Notes: generated by a model not told the origin, from the letters alone. Counted from the first letter of the stretch, positions 38,828-48,090 are shown. The stretch is 64,000 bases of DNA from Candidatus Aminicenantes bacterium (GCA_963727095.1 CAVSEQ010000005.1:1428280-1492279), one strand, 5' to 3'. Numbers and translations: made by a program.

Positions 38828-39742
38828 ATGAGCCGTTACGCGATCGGAGTGGATCTCGGCGGCACGAAAGTCGAAGCGTGCCTCGCGGACGAAAACAGGA
38901 GCATTGTCGCCCGCAAGCGGCGGCCCTCCGAACCGCGCCGCGGCATGGAACGGGTCGTGCAGAATATCCTGGAGCTTGTCGCCGACACGGCCGGCGGCAT
39001 GCCTTTCGAGGCCGTCGGTATGGGCACGCCGGGCACGTATCATCCGGGCGATGACATCATGTACGGGGCGCCGCACACTCCCCTCTACGAAAAGCCGGGC
39101 CTGATCAGCCTGCTCAAGTCAAAGCTCCCTGTCCCTCTCCTGATCGAAAATGACGCCAATTGCCTGGCTCTCGCCGAGTTCTTCGCCCAATGTCACGGCC
39201 GGTATACAACGGTCATGGCCGTCATCCTGGGCACGGGCATGGGTTCGGGGCTCATCTGCAGCAACAAGCTGCACCGCGGCCCGAACGGAAACGCGGGCGA
39301 GATCGGCCATTCGTCCGTCGACATCAACGGCCGTCTCTGCGAATGCGGCCGGCGCGGTTGCGGTGAGGCCTATCTTTCGGGGCCGAGCCTGAGTCGGCGT
39401 TACCGGGAACTCTCCGGCGAAACCCTGTCGCCTGAGGCGATTTTCACACGCCACGGGCAGAAGAATGCGGAGGCCATCGCCCTTTTCGAGGAGTCCTTCC
39501 GAATCGCCGGCGAGCTCTTCGCCAACTGCGTCAATATCCTGGACCTCGAAGCCATCATTCTCGGCGGCGGCGTGTCGAACATCCCGCTCTGGTACGAACA
39601 TGTCCCGCCGGTCATGAACAAGTCCCTGTTCGGGGTTCCGGGGCGGCAGGTCCCTATCATGAAGGCCGTCCTCGGCGATTCGGCGGGGGTTCTCGGGGCG
39701 GCCTACCTGGCCCTGCGCCATATGAGGCTGATGGAATTTTAG
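38828..39742 (+). CDS. ROK family sugar kinase (glucokinase/N-acetylglucosamine kinase-like)
   Basis: GVDLGGTK ATP-binding motif; ROK zinc motif CECGRRGCGEAY. Confidence 0.85.
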   Translation: MSRYAIGVDLGGTKVEACLADENRSIVARKRRPSEPRRGMERVVQNILELVADTAGGMPFEAVGMGTPGTYHPGDDIMYGAPHTPLYEKPGLISLLKSKLPVPLLIENDANCLALAEFFAQCHGRYTTVMAVILGTGMGSGLICSNKLHRGPNGNAGEIGHSSVDINGRLCECGRRGCGEAYLSGPSLSRRYRELSGETLSPEAIFTRHGQKNAEAIALFEESFRIAGELFANCVNILDLEAIILGGGVSNIPLWYEHVPPVMNKSLFGVPGRQVPIMKAVLGDSAGVLGAAYLALRHMRLMEF

Positions 39743-39823
39743 AGAAAAAGAACCTGGCGGGGCGGACCCTGGAAAAAGTTTGCGACGCTGCTCTGATGCC
39801 GGCGGTGTTTGTTCCGTTGGGGC

Positions 39824-40261
39824 TTACTGATACTTGCCCATGATGTAATTTTCGAGGTTGACGATCGTCACCTTCTGCTGGTCCATGATGGCCTTGACGA
39901 CGTCTCCGATGGAAATGACGCCGATCAGCTTGCCTTCCCGGCATACCGGAAGATGGCGGATGTGTTTGTCGGTCATCAGCGCCATGCACTCGTCGGCCGT
40001 CGTATCGAGATGGACGCCGTAGAGCTGGGTCGTCATGATGTCGCGAACGGATGTATCGTAGGAATGACGTCCCAGCAGGGCGATTTTCCGGGCGTAGTCC
40101 CGTTCGGACATGATGCCGACGACATCGTCGTTCTCGAACACGATGAGAGCGCCGACGCCTTTTTCAGACATGAGCTTGAGGGCGTCCAGGACCTTGGCAT
40201 CGGGTGGGATCGTCCAGATGGAGTAGCCTTTTTCATCAAGGATCTGTTTGACGCTGATCAT
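39824..40261 (-). CDS. CBS-pair domain protein
   Basis: Two CBS motifs. Upstream lies a GCTATAAAT -10 element (40291-40299, read on the minus strand) and a GGGAGG RBS. Confidence 0.85.
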   Translation of the reverse strand: MISVKQILDEKGYSIWTIPPDAKVLDALKLMSEKGVGALIVFENDDVVGIMSERDYARKIALLGRHSYDTSVRDIMTTQLYGVHLDTTADECMALMTDKHIRHLPVCREGKLIGVISIGDVVKAIMDQQKVTIVNLENYIMGKYQ

Positions 40262-40434
40262 GGTCGTTCCTCCCTTTCCTAACTTGATTCATTTATAGCG
40301 GAACCCGCCGAGGCTGTCAATCCCGCGAGCGGGTCAGGTCGACGCCCGCCCCCTTGGCCGCGTTGAGAAGCGCGGCCGTCGAAAGGGGATACGTGAGTAC
40401 CGCCATTAAACGCCTTTTCCGAGCGCCGCCGGCG

Positions 40435-40980
40435 CTATTCGACCATCAGGAAGGCGTACCGGTTCATGGCCTGACTGTAGTCAGAGAGGACCTCGATCGG
40501 ATAGCCGATTTTGCGGACCGTGGTGTAAACGTCCATGGCCATGGCGTCGGGCGTGGGACGAGAGAGTTTCAGTTCCTTGCACCCGGCCCGGGTCCCCACG
40601 CATTCGTTGCACACGTTGCAGCTGTCCATGAAAAGCAGAAAAACTTTAACGTATCCCGCCTTGAAGACGTCAAGTTCGAGCTTGAGAAGGGCGAGATCGA
40701 GCTTGCGCGACCAGGCATGGCGGTCCTCCGGCTTTTTCACTTTCTTTTCGAAGTGGAAGACGGCGGCCCGCTTGTATTCATGGAAGAACCGCTCGCATTC
40801 GTCGACCGAAGGCGTGTTCGGCGGGCATGTCGCCGTTTTGCCGTATTCGACGCAGCCGTACAGGCACTTCATCCGGACCCATTGGGCGACGACGATCTCT
40901 TTGGGGTCTATCCAACGGTAATCCGTAAAGCCGTGCTTGGAAAAAAGGTCCGTCAGGACTTTGGTTCCGGCCATGTTCAC
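40435..40980 (-). CDS. Cys-rich predicted metal-binding protein (DUF2284-like)
   Basis: CLYGC..C and CNVCNECVG..C clusters; a GCTATAAAT -10 element at 41032-41040 (minus strand). Confidence 0.55.
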   Translation of the reverse strand: MNMAGTKVLTDLFSKHGFTDYRWIDPKEIVVAQWVRMKCLYGCVEYGKTATCPPNTPSVDECERFFHEYKRAAVFHFEKKVKKPEDRHAWSRKLDLALLKLELDVFKAGYVKVFLLFMDSCNVCNECVGTRAGCKELKLSRPTPDAMAMDVYTTVRKIGYPIEVLSDYSQAMNRYAFLMVE

Positions 40981-41135
40981 CTCACTCTGCAGCCGAGTGC
41001 GTTTCCTATTTGATGATGAAGAAGCTGTCTGATTTATAGCACCCTGCCGGGAACAAAGTCAACGGCGATCCCTCTCGGGAAACCGATGCTCCGCCCTTCT
41101 CGCCTTTTGCGCGGCCCTCGGTTATAATCAAGGAA

Positions 41136-41918
41136 ATGAAAAAGTCCGCCGCATCCGGGGAAGGATTCTGGCCGCAGGATTTGGGCCGATTCGCCGTCAT
41201 TCTGGTGCGCCCGGACAGCCAGGAGAACGTCGGCCTCGCGGCCCGGGGAATGGCCAACACGGGGTTTGCCGACCTGCGGATCGTCGGTGTTCCCGAGATC
41301 GGAGCCGCAGCCTACAGGACGGCCGTACACGCCGACTCGATTCTCGATCGGGCGCGATTTTACGGCACACTTGCCGAAGCCATGGCCGGGCTCCATTGTG
41401 TTTTCGCCTCGACCGCCCGCATCCGCAGGGATTTTCCCTTGGCGACGCTGCGGGACGCCGTCGGCAGAATGGTTGAGTACCCCGCGGAGTGCGGGATCGG
41501 GCTTGTCTTCGGGAACGAACGGACGGGTCTGACGACGGAGGAAATCGGCCTGTCGAACTTCCGCTTCCGGATCCCCCAAGCCGCTCGCCAGCCTTCCTAC
41601 AATCTGGGGGTCGCGGTCACGTTGACGCTGTTTGCCCTTGCCGTCCGCCATGAGCCGCCTCCTGTCGTGCGAAAGGACCTCCCGTTGACAATCACCGAGC
41701 AGGAAGAAGCCGGCCGCCGCTTTCGCGGTCTCCTCGACAGCCGGGGATTCATGCACGAGACGAATCGTGACTTTATCTCGGAACGTGTTCAGGATATATT
41801 CCGCCGGATGGTTCTGACGGCCAAGGACCGGGACGTGATTCTCGCCATGTTCCGCAAGGCGCTGACCGTCCAGGCGTCCCCGAAACCCAAAAGGAGGAGA
41901 GCCCATGCCAACGAATGA
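41136..41918 (+). CDS. SpoU/TrmH family RNA 2'-O-methyltransferase
   Basis: SPOUT motifs (LVFGNERTGL, SYNLGVAV). TTATAAT lies 7 nt upstream of the ATG, so the mRNA is probably leaderless. Confidence 0.8.
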   Translation: MKKSAASGEGFWPQDLGRFAVILVRPDSQENVGLAARGMANTGFADLRIVGVPEIGAAAYRTAVHADSILDRARFYGTLAEAMAGLHCVFASTARIRRDFPLATLRDAVGRMVEYPAECGIGLVFGNERTGLTTEEIGLSNFRFRIPQAARQPSYNLGVAVTLTLFALAVRHEPPPVVRKDLPLTITEQEEAGRRFRGLLDSRGFMHETNRDFISERVQDIFRRMVLTAKDRDVILAMFRKALTVQASPKPKRRRAHANE

Positions 41919-42309
41919 GATCAAGGTGACCTTCGGCGACGGATTGCAGGTCAATGCCGAGGTTAAGGGTTTTGTGATCCGGACCGATCAGCCCGTTCGG
42001 GAGGGGGGAGGCGGGACGATGCCCGCGCCCTTCGACCTCTTCCTGGCGTCCATCGCCACCTGCGCCGGTTTTTATGCTTTGGCGTTCTGCAAGGAGCGCC
42101 GCCTCCCGCTCGAAGGCCTGGCTGTAACCATGACGACGCAACGGGGGGAGGCTTCGAAGCTGATCGAAAAGATCACGATCACGGTCGACTTGCCGGCCGG
42201 TTTTCCGGAAAAATACAAAGGCGCCATCGTCAAAGCCGTCGACCATTGCACGGTCAAGGCCCACATTCTTAAGGCGCCTGAATTTTCCATCGTCACGAAG
42301 CAGGGATAA
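41905..42309 (+). CDS. OsmC/Ohr family peroxiredoxin-like protein
   Basis: OsmC core with the two conserved Cys (ATCAG..., DHCTV). Confidence 0.85.
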   Translation: MPTNEIKVTFGDGLQVNAEVKGFVIRTDQPVREGGGGTMPAPFDLFLASIATCAGFYALAFCKERRLPLEGLAVTMTTQRGEASKLIEKITITVDLPAGFPEKYKGAIVKAVDHCTVKAHILKAPEFSIVTKQG

Positions 42310-42318
42310 GGCTCCGCC

Positions 42319-42966
42319 ATGGGCTTCCTCTTCGGACTGCTTTTGGGCTTTGTGTCCGCCGTCCCCGTCGGGCCCATCTGCATTCTCGCCGTGACCCAGC
42401 GGATCCGGAGAGGGTTCTATCGGGGTTATTCGGGGGTGCTGGCGGCTTCGGTCATGGACATCATCTACAGCCTGGTCGCGGTTGAAGCCGCTTCCTTCGT
42501 CACGCATATCATCCATAGGTATTCAGAGGTCATGAAAATCGGCGGGACCCTCATTCTCGCCGTCGTCAGCATCGGCCTTTTTCGCCAATCTCGGACGTTC
42601 CAAGCCTGCGATCTCGACGCAACCAAATCAGAAAAAGACGTTCACCCCGCGCTGACCACGCTCCTGCTCTATGTCTCCGGACCGACCATTCCGGCTTTTT
42701 GGCTCATGGCCGGGGGGCTGGCCGTCGCCCACGGCTGGGTGGAGCGGGGACATCCGTCGGCGTTCATCTTTGCCGCGGCCACCGGGATCGGCAGCGCGCT
42801 TTGGTATTTCATTCTCTTAAAGATTCTCTTGAGGTCCGCCGACAAGCTGACCGCCGGGCTTTTCAGGACGGTGTTTTTTATCCTTGGCAGCGTGCTGGTC
42901 ATCCTGGCCGTCCTCAACTTGCTGTCCATCTGGGTCGTGCTGCCGGGCAAGGTCAGGCTCGGCTAG
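42319..42966 (+). CDS. LysE/RhtB family amino-acid exporter
   Basis: 215 aa, six TM segments, and an N-terminal VPVGPICIL motif typical of LysE-type translocators. Confidence 0.75.
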   Translation: MGFLFGLLLGFVSAVPVGPICILAVTQRIRRGFYRGYSGVLAASVMDIIYSLVAVEAASFVTHIIHRYSEVMKIGGTLILAVVSIGLFRQSRTFQACDLDATKSEKDVHPALTTLLLYVSGPTIPAFWLMAGGLAVAHGWVERGHPSAFIFAAATGIGSALWYFILLKILLRSADKLTAGLFRTVFFILGSVLVILAVLNLLSIWVVLPGKVRLG

Positions 42967-43008
42967 GGACGGCGTAGTCGCGCGCTTTCGTATGCCGCAC
43001 GGCTTGGG

Positions 43009-43977
43009 TTATGGCGTGCGGGGAAGCCAGAGATAATAGAAGCCGGACTTGAGCGCGGCGAGCGTTGCTTCAAGCACGGTCTTGTCGAGCGGCGAGAAGT
43101 CCCCGAGCCGTCCGGCGTAAACGTTCGTCGTGCTCTTCGAAAAATAAGTATACGTTACGACTTTAGCCCGCTTGATTCCTGCGAGGGACAGGGTCTTCCG
43201 GTAGGCGTCTTCGTAGTACCCGACCTCGTCGATAAGCTTGAGGCGCAGCGCTTGAGGCGCCGTATAGACCCTGCCGTCGGCGATTCTCCGCAGATCATCG
43301 GCCGAAATTTTGTCCTTCCGGCCGGCCGCGACGACGGCCAGGAAGCCCTCGAAGTACTCGTCGATGATGCCTTGGAATATCTTTTTCTCCTCGATGGTCA
43401 TATCCCTGAACGGGCTTCCGGCGTCCTTGGCCTCGGCCGATTTGATGACGTTGACCTTGACGCCGACCTTGGCCATCAAATCATGGACGTCCGGGAAAAT
43501 CGATATGACCCCGATGCTGCCCGTCAGGGTCGAGGGGTGGGCGATGATATAGTCGCAGGCGACGGCGATGTAGTATCCTCCCGAAGCGGCGAGGCCCATC
43601 ATCAGGCCGAGCACCGGCTTGTGGGTATCCGCCTTGAACTTCAGGATCTGGTGGTAGATGATGTCGCTCGCCGTGACCTCACCGCCGGGCGTATCGAGCC
43701 TCAGGATAACCGCCTTGATCGCCGGGTCCCCGGCGGCCCTTTCGAGCCGGCTGTAGATCGCGCCCGGCAGATTCTTTTCCCGTGCAAAAAGGCCCTGGCT
43801 GACATAAGTGGAGATCGTGCCCTCCACGTCGATCATCAGGATCTTGTCCCGGGCCGGACTCGGCTGGAGTGTGACCTCCTGGAGTTCTTCACTGCCCAGG
43901 AAGTCGAGATGGATTTGCGGCGAACAGCCCGCGACCGTGATGAGCATGACGAGAAGAGGGGCCAAGGCTTTTTTCAT
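43009..43977 (-). CDS. sppA: signal peptide peptidase SppA (S49 family)
   Basis: S49 catalytic-region motif (GLAASGGYYIAVACD); signal peptide; GAGGAGG RBS. Confidence 0.85.
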   Translation of the reverse strand: MKKALAPLLVMLITVAGCSPQIHLDFLGSEELQEVTLQPSPARDKILMIDVEGTISTYVSQGLFAREKNLPGAIYSRLERAAGDPAIKAVILRLDTPGGEVTASDIIYHQILKFKADTHKPVLGLMMGLAASGGYYIAVACDYIIAHPSTLTGSIGVISIFPDVHDLMAKVGVKVNVIKSAEAKDAGSPFRDMTIEEKKIFQGIIDEYFEGFLAVVAAGRKDKISADDLRRIADGRVYTAPQALRLKLIDEVGYYEDAYRKTLSLAGIKRAKVVTYTYFSKSTTNVYAGRLGDFSPLDKTVLEATLAALKSGFYYLWLPRTP

Positions 43978-44090
43978 GGGACCTCCTCGAGCCGGCTGAA
44001 CTTGTTTCATTATAACATAGGGCCGAGGGCACTGACGTTGCTGACTCACCTGGCGAGGCGGAAGAGGAATCGGCTGAAGACTAAGATACA

Positions 44091-44593
44091 AGACTCAATC
44101 GGATGTTTCCCAGCAGTGAGGCGTCGAGCTACTCCGCCTCACTGGTGGCACGGCTGCTAATCAAAGCGGCGGTGAGGCCTACCCGTAAGCCCCCGTAGCG
44201 GAGGGGGTCCCGGCGCCTGGCGACGGGGGAACCGACGGGACTGGTTCCCGGGGGAGCGGCAGCGCGGGGGCCAAGGGTAGGCTCACTGCCGCTGAGCGAG
44301 GCCTTTCCTCGAGCGGGTTTGCCTCGCCGGGGCAAATCCGCGGCCTGACGAAAGGAATACCCCGAGCTCGAGCCTAATTGACCCGTTCGCCGACGCTAAG
44401 CCCCGCCTTTCAATCCCCTTTGCGGGACGGAGGAATAGCGAACTCCCGCTTCGGGGACAGGCGCTCCAAAGCCTGCAAAAGTTGGATCCCACGGACGTAA
44501 GTCCGTGGAGCTTCAGGGCGGGACAAGAAGCGAGGCTCAGGGTTAACCCCGAACAAGCCCCGGCATTCATGCCGGGGACTCGAGGGGTTGACT
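44091..44593. repeat. large mosaic intergenic repeat element (about 500 bp, multiple hairpin modules)
   Basis: It shares a 5' module with loci 14606 and 32887. It shares a middle module with 56153-56224. Its 3' half is near-identical to 62611-62917. Confidence 0.7.
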
Positions 44594-44637
44594 GGGTGCC
44601 TGGGCGATGGTATGAAATTCCTCAGGGAGGATTTATC

Positions 44638-45279
44638 GTGCCCCGAAAAGTCGCTATCGTCGTCGGACTCGACCTGGCCGGTTCGCCGAAGAGGCCGACG
44701 GGATTCTGCCTGTTGCGAGCGCTCAAGGCCGAAACCGCCGACCTTTTGGGTAACGATGAAATCCTGCACGCCGTCCTCGGCGCGGAAGCGGCCGTCGTGG
44801 CGATCGACGCTCCACTCAGCCTGCCGCCCGGCCGGACCTCCATCCATGAACGGAACGATTCCCACTACCGTACTTGCGACCTCGAACTCCGGCGCCGGAA
44901 GATTCCGTTCTTTCCGATTACGCTCGGGCCGATGAGGGGGCTGACGGAACGGGGGATGAGAATAAGATCTGAGCTGGAGGCCAACGGCATCCGCGTCATC
45001 GAGATCTATCCGGGCGGCGCCCAGGATGTCTGGGGCATTCCCCGGGCCCGGCGGGATCGGGCCGGTCTTCGCCGCGGCCTGATGCGGCTCGGGTTGAAGG
45101 GATTGAAAAAGGGGGCGTCCGACCACGAGCTCGACGCCGCGTCCGGCGCCCTCGTGGCCCGGCTCTTCCTCCAGGGACGGGCTGAAGTCTACGGGAACTT
45201 CGAATCCGGCGCGATCGTCATGCCGGCTGTTGGAATTTCTTCCGGCCGCGCTTCCCGGGCGCGCAGACCACGCGTATAG
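44638..45279 (+). CDS. DUF429 domain protein (predicted RNase H-like fold nuclease)
   Basis: N-terminal VVGLDLAG and AIDAPLSLP blocks. GTG start with an AGGGAGG RBS. Lies immediately downstream of the repeat-borne TTGACT..TATGAA promoter. Confidence 0.55.
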   Translation: MPRKVAIVVGLDLAGSPKRPTGFCLLRALKAETADLLGNDEILHAVLGAEAAVVAIDAPLSLPPGRTSIHERNDSHYRTCDLELRRRKIPFFPITLGPMRGLTERGMRIRSELEANGIRVIEIYPGGAQDVWGIPRARRDRAGLRRGLMRLGLKGLKKGASDHELDAASGALVARLFLQGRAEVYGNFESGAIVMPAVGISSGRASRARRPRV

Positions 45280-46162
45280 CCTGCGGAACCACGCGGACTT
45301 CGATGCGCTCACGGCTGCCGAGGAACTCGCCGTTGCACTGGACGGGGAGATCCCGGCCTGTGACGATGACCCGTTTGGCCTTGAAGTGCCGATGTTTTCT
45401 CGGATGGATGCCGAAGTAGCTCAGAGGCAAGCGCAGAGTGTATTCAAGGGGGTTGACCTCGAAGAGTGTGACATCCAGATAGCCGTCGTCGACGCGGGCC
45501 TTCGGCGCGATATGCCAGCTGTACCCGAAGTAGTTGGTTTTGGCGATTACGCAATCCAAGAAGTCGGAACGAATCTTCTTGTGTGCAAAAGATCCGTCCT
45601 GGTCCATGCCGTCATAGAGTTCGATTTCCTTATCGCCCCGTGGACAGCTGAAAACGTGGCGGGCCGCGAGGACGTGTCCCCAAAAGCCTGCGATCGAATG
45701 GTCGAGCTTTGCGGCCGTAACCCGGGCCGTGGCTCCTACGCTCGCGAAGCCGGCGTAGCGTCCGTCGATCTCCAGGAGGTCGATCATCCGGGGAACACCT
45801 TTGGCCAGCTTATGGATGGCCCGCCGCGGACTCTTGGGGATGCCGAAGGACTTCCGGAAGGCGTTGCCGCTGCCGAAGGGGATAACCCCGAAAAGGACGT
45901 CGTGTGCTTTGCCGGCCTCGAAAATGCCCTGCAGCGTGTCGGCGATGGTTCCGTCTCCGCCCATGGCCACGATGACATCGGAATCGGCCGAGGCGGCTCT
46001 CGCCCGTTCGACCGTCGTGCGGGTGTCTCCGTAGACATCATGGATGTCCCCCGAAAGCTTTTTCTGAAAATAGTTCCTCAGGCTATGGCGGCGGACCCAC
46101 TTAGAGTTCGCGGCCTTCGGGTTGATCAGAAAGGAGACTTTTCCGCCGGACAGTTTCTTCAT
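45218..46162 (-). CDS. diacylglycerol kinase family lipid kinase (DAGK_cat; YegS/BmrU-like)
   Basis: GGDGT motif (VAMGGDGTIAD), IPFGSGNAF. Confidence 0.8.
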   Translation of the reverse strand: MKKLSGGKVSFLINPKAANSKWVRRHSLRNYFQKKLSGDIHDVYGDTRTTVERARAASADSDVIVAMGGDGTIADTLQGIFEAGKAHDVLFGVIPFGSGNAFRKSFGIPKSPRRAIHKLAKGVPRMIDLLEIDGRYAGFASVGATARVTAAKLDHSIAGFWGHVLAARHVFSCPRGDKEIELYDGMDQDGSFAHKKIRSDFLDCVIAKTNYFGYSWHIAPKARVDDGYLDVTLFEVNPLEYTLRLPLSYFGIHPRKHRHFKAKRVIVTGRDLPVQCNGEFLGSRERIEVRVVPQAIRVVCAPGKRGRKKFQQPA

Positions 46163-46247
46163 GATGTTTATAGAGCGACCTTTATTTATAGCATGAGGTC
46201 CTGGTTCTGTCAAAATGAGGCCCGGCCGATCGGCCGGCCGTGGCGGT

Positions 46248-46901
46248 CTAGACCGCGGCAGGGACGGCGGGCCCGGAGGCGGTTTCCCGCCTCTTTCTCC
46301 AGAGGCGGCCGATGGAGTGAAGCTTGACGACGATAAGCCCTGCGGCGAGGATGGTGGTGGCGATCCAGAGCTTCGGCAGGAAAATCAGCATCAGGACGAC
46401 AACCGTGGAGTTTACGAACTTGGCCGGAGGGCTGAAGTTGAGCGCGAAAACCCTCTGGTCGACCTTATAAAAATAGTTGATGGAGATAATATCGTATTTC
46501 ACGAATTGATAGCTGAGGTAGAAGTCGACGAAGGCGAAATTCAGGATATAGACGATTGAAGGGATGGCGAGGCCGGGGTGGAAATGGATGAAGTTGACGA
46601 AGAAGAACAACGACTCCACCCGGTCGGCGATAATATCGATTTCGGCCCCGAGCAGGGTTTCCTGCTTGAAGCCTCGGGCACACCAGCCGTCGATGGCGTC
46701 CCCGACAAGATGGACGGTGAGCCCGATATAATTGTAGAGCTGACTCTGCCTCAGGATGGCCAGGATGAAGAAACCGAGGGAAACGACGAGCCTTATGAGG
46801 GTGATGATGTTGGCCTCGGAATAGAGGGCTTCAGGAGGTTTTGGAGCGAAGAAGCGGCGCCGGGGAACGGGCGCATCCGAAGAGCTTCCGGGATGATGCA
46901 T
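46248..46901 (-). CDS. CDP-alcohol phosphatidyltransferase family protein
   Basis: D-x2-DG-x2-AR..G-x3-D-x3-D motif (DAIDGWCARG...GAEIDIIADRVE); AAGGAGG RBS. Confidence 0.8.
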   Translation of the reverse strand: MHHPGSSSDAPVPRRRFFAPKPPEALYSEANIITLIRLVVSLGFFILAILRQSQLYNYIGLTVHLVGDAIDGWCARGFKQETLLGAEIDIIADRVESLFFFVNFIHFHPGLAIPSIVYILNFAFVDFYLSYQFVKYDIISINYFYKVDQRVFALNFSPPAKFVNSTVVVLMLIFLPKLWIATTILAAGLIVVKLHSIGRLWRKRRETASGPAVPAAV

Positions 46902-47008
46902 CGCTGCCTCCTTGCGGCGTGCCGATGAGCGACCATTAACCATATATCAAAACCCATCGTGATTTCAATTTGCCCGAAAGTTGATTGTCTGGCGCCGGTT
47001 GGGCTAAA

Positions 47009-47989
47009 ATGGGCGACCACGTTCCCATGAAGACTATGCACACAATCGTCGACGGCGAAGGCCGGCGATTCCTCCTCCGCGTGGAAACATCGCACGACGC
47101 GAAGGATTACCAGAAATACGAGGACATCCGGAACGGCATCTGGGGTTTTCCCGATGACCATCTCGCCGGCACCCGGAACATGATGTGTGAAAATTTCCTG
47201 GCCGAGGGCGGCAGCGTGTTTATCGGGGCCTTTGTTGAAGCCGAGGACGGCAGTTTTCCCACCGACGCGGAGCACCTGGCGGGTTTCAGCTACGGATTCG
47301 TGGGCACGATGGACAAGACCATCGGATTCCGGGACATCGGCAACCTCCGCTTTTATTCCCAGTACGCCGGCGTCAAACGGGAATACCAGGCGCACGGACT
47401 GGGGATCCTGATCAAGGAATTCCAGCGGGGAATCGTGCGCGACGTTCTTGGCATCAGGACCGTCATCTGCACCTATGACCCCCTGACCGGCGTCAATGCC
47501 TACAGGAACGTCCACCATTTCGGCATGGAGCTCTTGCAGTACCGGGTGGCGACATACGGCGAATACGGCGGCCTCCTCAATCGGTCCGATGTTGCGACCG
47601 ACCGTTTCCTCATGGCCTGGGACCTTGCCCGCCCGCCGCGCGGGGATTCCGCGGCCGCCGAACTCCCCGCGGCCGGACTTGCTCGCGTCCTCCGGGTCGA
47701 AGTCCGCAGGGTCCGGGGGAAAACGTCGGTTCTTGATCTCGAGGTCGTCCGGGACGCCGACGTTGGGGTCGGCGGCAATGCCGTGCTGGTTCAGATTCCG
47801 TGCGATTTTTATGAGATGCTCCAGCAGACGGATGTGGAGGATGCGGACGTCCGGCGGATTCCCGTCGATTGGCGCCTGCACACCCGGCGCGCGTTTCAGT
47901 CGCTTTTCGAACGCGGCTATCGCGTGATCGATTTCCTGAAATCCGGACCGGCCCGCCCCGGCAATTTTTACATCCTGAAAAGGCCTTAG
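47009..47989 (+). CDS. hypothetical protein, possibly a GNAT-like acyltransferase fold; start codon uncertain
   Basis: 334-aa ORF with no strong motifs. It lies next to the lipid head-group genes. Confidence 0.45.
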   Translation: MGDHVPMKTMHTIVDGEGRRFLLRVETSHDAKDYQKYEDIRNGIWGFPDDHLAGTRNMMCENFLAEGGSVFIGAFVEAEDGSFPTDAEHLAGFSYGFVGTMDKTIGFRDIGNLRFYSQYAGVKREYQAHGLGILIKEFQRGIVRDVLGIRTVICTYDPLTGVNAYRNVHHFGMELLQYRVATYGEYGGLLNRSDVATDRFLMAWDLARPPRGDSAAAELPAAGLARVLRVEVRRVRGKTSVLDLEVVRDADVGVGGNAVLVQIPCDFYEMLQQTDVEDADVRRIPVDWRLHTRRAFQSLFERGYRVIDFLKSGPARPGNFYILKRP

Positions 47990-48090
47990 GGTCCAGGCCA
48001 TTTTTTGATATAATCCTTGTTTCATGACGATGCCTTTCTGGTCGACGACAATCCCGGTGGGCCGGTTCATGCGGGGGTAAAGGAGAAACC

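Noticed and set aside
40380-40402. Hairpin agcgccg-c-cggcgct downstream of the DUF2284-like gene, as a terminator
   Set aside because: It is not followed by a U-tract on the relevant strand.
44146-44162. TGGCACGGCTGCTAAT inside the large repeat, as a possible sigma-54 promoter
   Set aside because: It has the -24 TGGCAC but no GC dinucleotide at the -12 position (GG-N10 gives AA). It is not a sigma-54 promoter.
44340-44365. CTGACGAAAGGAA in the repeat middle module, considered as a hammerhead-ribozyme core (CUGANGA…GAAA)
   Set aside because: No stem II lies between the two boxes, and the flanking helices do not fit hammerhead topology. The resemblance is coincidental.
44080-44620. CRISPR array hypothesis for the repeat-rich intergenic regions
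   Set aside because: The repeats are imperfect palindromes of varying length and spacing, with no regular repeat-spacer periodicity. No cas genes are in the window.
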